From Dehalococcoidia bacterium (GTDB lineage: Bacteria > Chloroflexota > Dehalococcoidia > Lucifugimonadales > UBA2985), in contig OZ253466.1 of the NCBI GenBank assembly GCA_965261605.1, positions 2,589,057-2,653,056 of the forward strand: DNA of 64,000 nucleotides. Reading direction: 5' to 3'. Of the stretch, positions 10,476 through 19,500 are shown one piece after another (the stretch's first letter is position 1; each line of letters starts with the position of its first letter). The position numbers were made by a program, and so were the translations under genes. The notes under the pieces are model-generated. The model saw only the letters and a program-made list of their open reading frames with translations. It was not told where the DNA came from and ran no database searches.

Positions 10476-11696
10476 TGGTCCTGCCCATTCTTTGTACCAG
10501 TTGTAGTGTTAGTTTCGTGGGTCATTGAACCCCTGCTGTGGCCACGAGGGCAAAGGTCTCCGGGGCGAGGTTGCCCAGGGCACTGTGGGGACGTTAGCCG
10601 TTGTAGCGCCGGCGCCACCGCTCTATTTTCTACCGAGCGTCCTCCAAAGACAAGAACCAACTTTCGTTGAGGCATTCAGCCCGAAGCCTGGCATTGAAGG
10701 CCTCGATCATAGCGTTGTCTGTGGGCTTGCCTGGCCGGCTGAAGTCCAGCTCCACACCGTTCAGGTACGCCCATTGGTCCAGACGCTTGGACGTGAACTC
10801 AGGACCGTTGTCCATGGATATGGTCTTTGGCTTCCTACCCCCCAGTGCCATGCGTGCCAGCACCTCCACCACACGCTGGCCTCCCAGACTGCCATCCACC
10901 TCGATGGCCAGACTCTCACGGGTAAAGTGGTCCACTATCGTTAACATACGAATCCGCCGTCCGTCGAAGAGATCGTCGCTCATGAAGTCCATTGCCCACC
11001 GCTCATCGAGTCTCGACGCCAGAGGCCTGATCTCTCTCCGCCGACTGGATACGTGGCGCCTGGGTCTCTTGGGCCGCATCCGGAGCCCCTCCAAACAGTA
11101 GAGCCTGTAAACACGCTTGTGGTTCACCTGCCATCCCTCCCGTTTCAACAGCACGTGGATACGTCGGTACCCATAGCTCACTCGCGCTGCCGCCAGGCCC
11201 CTGATCCTCACCCTTAGAGCTGCCTGCCCATCTGCCACGCTCTCGCACCTGTGGGTTGACCGTCGAAAGGTGACGCCTGGCATGCTCGACGCTCGCTCAC
11301 CACGTAGGCCACCTGTAGATACCAAGCGTGGTCCCGCAGCTGCGCAGGCCCTACGGCTTTTTTCGCAGCACATCCTGGAGCATCTGCTTGTCCAAGCTCA
11401 GGTCTGCCACCAACTGCTTCAGCTTTCGGTTCTCCTCTTCCAGAACCTTGAGCCGTCTTACCTCTGCCACACCCATCCCCAGGAACTTCTTCTTCCACCG
11501 GTAAAAGGTCTGCTCGGCGACCCCCCATCTTCCGACACACCTCCAGGATCGGCGTGCCACCCTCAGCCTGCCTGAGGGCAAGGGCTATCTGCTCCGTTGT
11601 GTACCGGGAACTCTTCATGGAATGATCCTCCTCTCACATGTGTAATCATCCCACAAAACTAACACTCCAGTTGGACCAGCTTTTGGGGTGAGGTCA
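10476..11696 (-). mobile_element. IS3 family (IS407-like) element, inactivated
   Basis: Imperfect TIRs sharing AGTGTTAGTTTyGTGGG; orfA from 11618 has an extra base in a G6 run (11521-11526); orfB (WAMDF, DNGPEF, IEAFNARLR) has in-frame TAG/TAA near 10630 and 10595. Confidence 0.85.
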
Positions 11697-11832
11697 GCTC
11701 AATACCAATGCCCCGGGGAAAAAGGTCTTGCTCGATATCTCTTGGCCCTATACAAACCCTATACAGACATGTGCCCCGCTCTGTACAATGCGCGGGCGCT
11801 CCGTGTTAGGTGAATAATCAGGGGTGGCCGAA

Positions 11833-12491
11833 ATGTCCCACACGACAACATGGCTGAATACCCTGCGCCCTTGCGTACTTGGGCTGATTTTCCTGACTCT
11901 GCTCGCCGCCTGCGACCCGGATGCGCCGCTGGCCACACCTGCCCCTGACAATGCCGCGTCTACGGCTAAAGTCACAACCGCGTCGGCAACTGAAGAGGCC
12001 ACACCCCCTCCGGGCCAGCGATTGCCAAATCATCCGAAGCAGACCGGGAAGCCCTGGTTGCCCTCTACAACGCAACGGACGGCGAAAACTGGAATGGAAG
12101 CCACAACTGGCTGAGCGACGCTCCCCTAGGCGAATGGGACGGCGTTACCGCTGACGACGACGGGCGCGTTACAGCGCTGCGCCTCTACAGCAATGAGTTG
12201 AGCGGGGAGATACCGCCGGAGCTTGGCAGCCTCTCCAACCTGAGATCGCTGGACCTCTACAGCAACGGGTTGATTGGCGAGATACCGCCGGAGCTTGGCA
12301 GCCTCTCCAACCTTGGATCACTGGACCTCGTCAACAACGAGTTGAGCGGGAAGATACCGCCGGAGCTTGGCAGCCTCTCCAACCTGAGAGATCTGTACCT
12401 CGACGACAACGCCTTGAGCGGGTGCGTGCCAAGCAGCCTGGAAGACCAGTTGAGCTCGTCTTTGTCTCACCTTGGCCTGCCCTTCTGCTGA
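11833..12491 (+). pseudogene. Lipoprotein with plant-receptor-type leucine-rich repeats, frameshifted
   Basis: Lipobox LAAC; adding one C to the C5 run at 12004-12008 joins it to DREALVALYNATDG..W..NWLS..LGEW and 24-aa LSGEIPPELGSLSNL repeats. Confidence 0.85.
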
Positions 12492-12881
12492 AGCCACGCG
12501 CCCTCAGCCGGGGACGGACGGCATATCGTCCAGAATGTCTCGCAAGGTATCCTCGGCAAGGATGGGGCCGGGCAACCTCGCTCCACCCGAAGAGGCTCGA
12601 ACTTCCGTATGGTGCGCTGTACCTAGACTCACAGGCCGCCTAGCCACATCTCGAAGACGGTTCTGTCTACCGTACACGTCGGCCCACCATTTCCCCCAAT
12701 TCCCGTCCATTCCCTGCCAGTCTTATCGTGTCTCAGTAACACTCTATTCCGTAGCTGTTTCAGGAATTATTAAGGCCTGAATCGTCAGGTAGAGGCCTCC
12801 CCTGCACTCCCCCGCAATCCCTTGTTGTCTTGCCTCAAGTGTGGTAATAATTGTGGGAGTAGTTTGAGGAGGTCACCTAGG

Positions 12882-13633
12882 GTGAAGTTATCTGCAACAA
12901 GGGTGAAGGCGCTCGGAGAACCGGGACGCTACTCGGACGGCGACGGCCTGCATCTGTTGATTAGCAAGGCGGGTGCCAAGAGCTGGGTGCAGCGAATTAC
13001 CATCGACGGCCGGCGGCGCGATATAGGCCTGGGAGGGTATCCGTCTGTGTCGCTAGCCTAGGCTAGGAAGCGTGCATCCGACAACCGCGAGGTGGTTGGC
13101 AATGGGAGAGACCCGGTGGCGGAGAAACGCAGGCCGGCGATGCCCACTTTCCGAGAGGCCTAGTATGCTGTCCACGAAGCCAATAAACCTCGCTGGCGAA
13201 ACGGGAGCCACACGTCAGCGTGGATTCAAACCCTCCAGCGACATGCCTTCCCCAAGATAGGCAACAAGCATATCGACGCGATAAGCCGCAGCGACCTGCT
13301 GGCGGTCCTTACACCCATATGGTCGACGCGCCCCGAGACCGCCCGGCGTGTGAGGCAGAGAATGCGAACGATTTTCAGATGGGCCATGGCGAATGAACTG
13401 ATCGAAAGCAACCCGGCGGGGGAAGCCATAGACGGGGCCCTGCCGTCAATGCCCAAGGTCAAGGCGCACCTCCGGGCGCTTCCGTATCAGGAGGTGGGTT
13501 CGGCGCTCAGGACCGTTGATGCGTCCCAGACGTCACTTGCCTCGAAACTCTGTCTGAGGTTTCTGGTCTTCACGGCGGCGCGCTCGGGTGAGGCGAGGGG
13601 TGCCACCTGGGACGAAATCGATCTCGAGAGCGC
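12882..13633 (+). pseudogene. P4-type tyrosine integrase (Arm-binding domain), with stops and truncated
   Basis: GRYSDGDGLHL..GAKSWVQR..GRRRDIGLGGYPSVSLA*; second TAG at 13161-13163; TAARSGEARGATWDEIDL then abrupt end. Confidence 0.88.
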
Positions 13634-13890
13634 AGCGAGGACGAACGACGCCCCGAACTTGCCGAACTCGGAGAGCATCGACTCGTAGTCCACGCCGGGC
13701 ATCGACTGCATCTCGTCCACGACGACCAACGCGCCGCGCCGCCGGTCCAACGGCAGGCTCCCCTGCTCCCGGATCACCGCGTCGACGAGGTTGAGGAGGG
13801 ACGCGCCCACCAGGGCGGCCACGTCCCTGCCCACCGTCCCCTGTGAGGTGGAGACCAGCAGCACGCCGCTGCCGGTCTCGCTCCCGGCAA
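13634..13890 (-). pseudogene. Fragment of VirD4/TraG-like type IV coupling ATPase
   Basis: VAALVGASLLNLV..ALVVVDEMQSMPGVDYESMLSEFGKFGASFVLA (Walker B region); abuts the integrase break. Confidence 0.7.
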
Positions 13891-13927
13891 TTCCAACACA
13901 ACATAAGGGTGGACAACCTAAATAGAA

Positions 13928-15562
13928 ATGCCATCTTTTCGTATCCGATGGCTGGCAATACTGACAGCCCTGTCCATCGCCGTCGTTCTAAACGCCTGCA
14001 CCGACAGTCCCGCGCCCACGCCGGAACCAACGGTTACTTCGACCGTCACGTCAATGCCAGAACCGACGCCTGCACCCACTCCCGTAAGCGGCACTGCGCA
14101 GGAGCCGGTGGCAACTCCGACCACGACCCCGGAGAACACCCCAACGCCGGAGCCGACGGCAACAGCGAAACCGACGCCTACACCAACTCCCGTAAGCGGC
14201 ACTGCGCAGGAGCCAGTGGCAACTCCGACCACGACCCCGGGGAACACCCCTACGTCCGTACCCACGGCAACTCCGATTGCTAGCGCCACGCCCACGCCAG
14301 CCGCCCCGCTTACGCCCACACCGACGCCCGCTCCAACGGCCACGCCTACACCTACACCCACCGTGACGCTATCAGGCACCGTCAATCATGGGTGGGGTGG
14401 GTGGACCGACCCCCAGACGAACGGGTTTGGCGACGGAGCGAGCTACCGGCCCGGGAGCAGCAGCGCGGGCGAATCGGGTGTTGGGACGGCAGCGCCCGCG
14501 GTCACGACACCCGACGGTTACGTCATTGGCGCCGTCGTCGAGGTCGTCGATGGCCCTGATGCTGGGCGTCAGGCGACCACCGACGATAGGGGGCGCTACG
14601 CGCTGGAAGGCCTGCAGCAAGGGGAGTTCACCATTCGAGCAATGGCGGAAGGGTTCGCGTCAGTCGGCGGTGTGGTGGACCTAACCGCGGACAGAGTGCT
14701 CGATTTTGCGATCTCCCATGAGCTACCGGCTGAGCCACCGGCCCCGCAGCCTCCGCCCCCCTTCCCTGACACAGACCCGGCATGGCTCCGGGCCCTATCT
14801 TCCGACTACCCACACGTTTATCAAGTGGCCAACGTTCGCGTCTTCTCCGACATCAGCCCAACCTTCAGCAGAGAACACGCAGAGCATCTGAAGCGCGTCT
14901 GGGATTTCTTTAATGCCCTCTACGTCAGAAACAACGGCGACTGGATGGATGTCTACTACACATCAGACCCGACAGTCTATCTGAAGGCAGTGCGCTGTGG
15001 TGTAACTACTGTTTACACCGCAACCAGAAACACAGCGTGGTGTCCTTTCGACTACGCGCGCTGGTTCATCATTCCGTACCAGATCCCCGACTTCGGCACT
15101 CAGTTGCATGAGATAGGCCACGGTTTCCTCTACGCGGTATGGCCACAGGCGTGGGTGGGCTCCTTCCCCTCCCTATGGTTTGTCGAAGGTACTGCGATGT
15201 ACTGGGAGGGTGGTGTGTTTACCGACGACGGCTCGCTCAGAGTCTCAACGCCATTCCCGTGGTGCGTCAATGGCTTCCCGGATCCGGGCGCCCGTCTCAT
15301 ACCGCTTGACGAGCTGCTCCGTCTCGGCGATGCCTTTTATCCTGATCCCAGACCAACGTACCCGCAGTCGTGCATGCTGTTCACCTATCTGGAGAAACGT
15401 GCGCCAGGCGTTCTGTATGCTCTGATCTACCGAATCAACTCAGGTCAGATCGTCTCCAACGACGAACTCATCACGGCGGTGCTTGATCTGACAGGGAAAT
15501 CGATCAGCGAGCTTGATGAAGGCTACCAATCCTATGCACGACAATGGCAAAAGGGAGCGTGA
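13928..15562 (+). CDS. Lipoprotein: PT stalk, carboxypeptidase-regulatory-like domain, HExxH (gluzincin-like) metallopeptidase domain
   Basis: Lipobox LNAC; duplicated PT segment; TTDDRGRYALEGLQQGEFTIRA; QLHEIGH...WFVEGTAMY. Confidence 0.8.
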   Translation: MPSFRIRWLAILTALSIAVVLNACTDSPAPTPEPTVTSTVTSMPEPTPAPTPVSGTAQEPVATPTTTPENTPTPEPTATAKPTPTPTPVSGTAQEPVATPTTTPGNTPTSVPTATPIASATPTPAAPLTPTPTPAPTATPTPTPTVTLSGTVNHGWGGWTDPQTNGFGDGASYRPGSSSAGESGVGTAAPAVTTPDGYVIGAVVEVVDGPDAGRQATTDDRGRYALEGLQQGEFTIRAMAEGFASVGGVVDLTADRVLDFAISHELPAEPPAPQPPPPFPDTDPAWLRALSSDYPHVYQVANVRVFSDISPTFSREHAEHLKRVWDFFNALYVRNNGDWMDVYYTSDPTVYLKAVRCGVTTVYTATRNTAWCPFDYARWFIIPYQIPDFGTQLHEIGHGFLYAVWPQAWVGSFPSLWFVEGTAMYWEGGVFTDDGSLRVSTPFPWCVNGFPDPGARLIPLDELLRLGDAFYPDPRPTYPQSCMLFTYLEKRAPGVLYALIYRINSGQIVSNDELITAVLDLTGKSISELDEGYQSYARQWQKGA

Positions 15563-15830
15563 GCGCAGGGTCCGGCCGCAGGCCCTCCAGATCAATGATG
15601 ATTTCCAGCGTGGCCGCCTCAAGCGCCGCTAGGTTCTTGCCGACGGCGTTCAGGACGGCGGACGGCACGGCGCGTCCCAGATGGCCGCGTTCGAGGAAGC
15701 GCCAGAGGGTGTGACGGGACACGCCGAGGTCCTCGGCTGTCTTCCTCCGTCCATGCCGCCGCTCGTAGGCGCGCACGTAGTTCCGGACCGCCCTCTCGAG
15801 GTCCGGTCTAACCTGCGTCGCGCCGTTCAA
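15563..15830 (-). pseudogene. HTH-containing gene fragment, possibly ICE-derived
   Basis: GRRKTAEDLGVSRHTLWRFLERG HTH; homology appears to end where the convergent lipoprotein gene ends. Confidence 0.5.
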
Positions 15831-16194
15831 CAATCGTGTTCGTGGCTCCGTGCCAATCAATCGACTGCTCCCGTCAGCTATAGCCCCAACATCCCATTGT
15901 GGACGGGAAACACAACGTATGTAATGCCCTGCAAGCCCTTGTGTACGGGGTGGTTTTGTGGTGGAGACGAGGGCCATCGCAACGTGGCCGCCTCGACGCA
16001 GCGGTCGCTGTTCTCTTGGGCGGAGTTCATGGCTGAGAAGCCGGTGAAGCCTATGTCCCGCACCCGCAACCCGCCACCCTCTCGATGTTCGAGTGGGAGC
16101 TCAACATGGAGCAAGAGCGGGAGCCGGTCGGCGCGAGGCCCTTCTTGCGTTTCAGGCCCTGCGGTCGCGGGCCGCTTCACCGGCGCGTCGTTCC

Positions 16195-16440
16195 CTACTC
16201 GGTGAATATGTAGCCGAGGCCCAGGCCTTCGGCCAGCTCCAGCAGCGCCAGCATGTGCTTTACATTGGGCGGTGCCACGCCTTCTGTCCAACGCCATACG
16301 GTGTGGCGATAGGTCCCGATGCGGCGGGCGATCTCCGACCACGACAGGCCGGACTCCTCCTGGAACCGCACGAGCCTCTGTGGGAAATCCTCGGGGAAGT
16401 CGTCGGTTCTTCTTCTGTGGAGGATGCGCTGTCTCGGCAT
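16195..16440 (-). CDS. XRE-family HTH protein
   Basis: FPQRLVRFQEESGLSWSEIARRIGTYRHTVWRWTEG; directly downstream of the giant gene. Confidence 0.75.
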   Translation of the reverse strand: MPRQRILHRRRTDDFPEDFPQRLVRFQEESGLSWSEIARRIGTYRHTVWRWTEGVAPPNVKHMLALLELAEGLGLGYIFTE

Positions 16441-16594
16441 CAAGACGATCCTCAACGGCGCGCAGCCGGAGCCTCTCCAATGCGAGCGCAGGCATTCCCT
16501 TTCCAGTCCGCCTCAGACCTTGACCGCTCCTGTTTCGGGTTCGATACGCCTGCCTCACCCGTCCGTCCATATGTGCTTGCTTTTCTTGTTGCCC

Positions 16595-19500
16595 CTACTG
16601 GCCCGGACCGTCAACGGTCAGCGCCAACTCGTTGGACAGCATCCTGCCGTCTCCCGTGCAGATGGCTTCCTCGGCGTCGCAGTCGGTTGTTGCGGGCAGG
16701 GTGATGGTGACCTGGCCGTCGCCGTCCGGCCTGACCGTGATCCGCCAGCGTATGTTGCTGCCCTGTGTGATCCGCTCAGCCTTCTCCACCGTTCCCCCGG
16801 CCACCGTGAAGGCATGGTCCCGCAGGGTCCTGTAGCTAAGCTGGGGCTCCTCGCTGAACCGCAGTTCAAAGGTGAACACGTTCTCCCCGTCGTGGGTGTC
16901 CGGCGTGTTCTCCAGGCTGGCTGTCAGCGGGACCGTCACTGCCACCGTCACGGCGCTGGTCAGCGTCTCGTCGTTGCCCGCGTCGTCGGTGAAGGACACA
17001 CGCACTTTGACGGTCTTGCCTTGGTCGGCGTCGGTCAGGGTATAGGTTGACGCAGTTGCTCCCTGGATAGCGGAGTCATCGGCCAGCCATTGGTAGATGA
17101 AGGAGGTGTTCGTGAGGCCGTCGGCATCCTCGATCCCCGACGTGTCCGCCGTCAGCGTCTCCCCGACTTGGGCTGTCCCGCTGATGGTCGGTGCTCCCGT
17201 GGCCGGACTGTTGGGAGTGGGCAGTGCGGACACCGCGTCCGTAGCGGCGCTGGTCAGCGTCTCATCATTGCCCGCGTTGTCTATGAAGCTGACCTCCACC
17301 TTGATGGCCTTGCCCTCGTCGGAGTCCACCAGGGTGTAGGTGCTGCCCGTCGCACCGGCGATGGCAGCGTCATCCGCCAGCCATTGGTAGGTGAAGGTGA
17401 CGTTCTCCAACCCGTTCTCGTCGGCGATGCCCGACGTGTCCGCCGTCAGAGTCTGTCCCACCTGGGCAGTTCCGCTGATGGTGGGTTGGCCCGTGGCCTC
17501 ACCCCCCGACCCCACCGTCCCGTTGGTGCTGCGGTCGGCCGTGTGCTGGTCGTCATCGTCCAGAGGGGCGCCCGTTGTAACCACGAACGGCGAAGGCTGG
17601 GTGATGCGTATCCGGCTCACGTGGGTGATGTCGTTGTCCCGGTATGTCGTGATACTCACATAGCCGTCCATGGGTTCGGTCGCGCAATTGCGCAGGTAGA
17701 AGCCCTCGGTGTTGGCTGTCCAGTAGGTCATGGTCTTGTAGGAATCGTCAACGTTGTAGGTGACTGGTTCTCCGTTTCGGTAATGTATTTGTTCGCCGTT
17801 TTCGGTGGGAACGTAACCGTCGACTACTGGCGCGAGCTTCAGGTTGCCGCCTGGGCGCTGGAAGTAAATCGGGCAGTGGGTCTTGGTGTCGGCTCTTCCC
17901 GACAGGATGAAGCCGGTGTTGGTTGTGATCGAGATTCTTTCGTTCCTCGACGCATCGCCGGCGATGTAGTAGGGGTCGGTCACGTCCTCGGAGATGGTCT
18001 CGGGCGGAGACAGGAACCGCACGACCGGCCCGGCCTCGGGCGTCGGTTCCGGAGTCGGCTCAGGCGTGGGTTCAGGAGTGGGGTCGGGCCCCGGCTCCGG
18101 CGTCACGTCGGTCACGCTCAGCGTGTAGCTCCCTACCTCGTCCCGGTCGCCCGACACCCGCGCGTAGTACGTCCCGCTCTCCGTTGCCGTGAACGTCACC
18201 CGGCTGTCGCGGCCGCCGTCGAAGTCGTCGTTGTAGCTGTCCGCCTGGTACTGTCCCTCGCTGTTGTAGATCGCCCGGAAAAAGGTGTCCGGAAGCGTCC
18301 CGCCCCCGCCCGGGCTGCCCGTCAGATCGAACTGGTAGGTCCGCCCTGCCACCAGCTCCACCGCGAACCGGTCCTGATCGCCCGCGGTCCCGATGGCGCC
18401 GGTGGCCGAGCCGCCGACCGCGACCCTGCCGGGGGTGGAGTTGTCGTTGGGCAGGTCCGTGTCCCCCTCCGAGACGCTCGCCGGCTCAGGCGTCGGCTCC
18501 TGGGTGGGCTCTGGCCCCGCCAGGGTGTCGGTGTGGAACCAGCGCGAGCGCTCGCTCGTCCCGTGCGCGTTGATGGCCTTGATCCGGTAGGTATAGGGAG
18601 TCTCGGCCGCCACGGTGTCGTCGGTGTAGGTGGTCGCGGCCGTACCCGTGTCCGGCGCCAACTCGGTGAACTGGCCCTGAGCGTCGGTCTCCCGGTTGCG
18701 GCGCAGGATCACGTAGCCGGTGATGGTGTCGTCGTTGGGGTCGTCCCAAGTGAGGACCACCCGGTCGTGGGACGGCGTGGCGGAAAGGCCGGTGGGCTTG
18801 GCGGGCGGCTCCGGGGCCGCCACTGCGTCCGTTGCCGCGCTGGTCAGCGTCTCGTCATTGCCCGCGTCGTCGGTGAAGGACACCCGCACCTTGACTGTCT
18901 TGCCCTCGTCGCTATCGGTAAGCGTGTAGGTGCTGCCCGTCGTACCGGCGATGGCAGCGTCATCGGCCAGCCATTGGTAGGCGAAGGTGACGTTCTCCAA
19001 CCCGTTCTCGTCGGCGATGCCCGACGTGTCCGCCGTCAGAGTCTCCCCCACCTGCGCCGTGCCGCTGACGATGGGCGCGCCCGTGGACGGGTTGTTGGGA
19101 GTGGGCGCTGCCGTCACCGCATCCGTGGCCGCGCTGGTCAGCGTCTCATCATTGCCCGCGTCGTCGGTGAAGGACACCCGTACCTTTACAGTCTTGCCTG
19201 CGTCGGCTTCGGCCAAGGTGTAGGTGGCATTGGTCGCGCCTCGAATTTCGGTGTCATCGGCCAGCCACTGGTAGATGAAGGAGGTGTTCGTGAGGCCGTC
19301 GGCATCCTCGATCCCCGACGTGTCCGCCGTCAGCGTCTCCCCGACTTGGACTGTGCCGCTGATGGTGGGCACGCCGGTGGCAGGGTTGTTGGGCTGGGTC
19401 GCTTCCGCAACCGGGTCTGTCGCGGCGCTGGTCAACGTCTCCTCGTTGTCCGCGTCGTCGGTGAAGGACACACGCACTTTGACGGTCTTGCCTTGGTCGG

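Noticed and set aside
12659-12690. Possible tRNA 3' end / att site (..CGGCCCACCA) upstream of the integrase
   Set aside because: T-arm is not canonical and no second copy is found in the window
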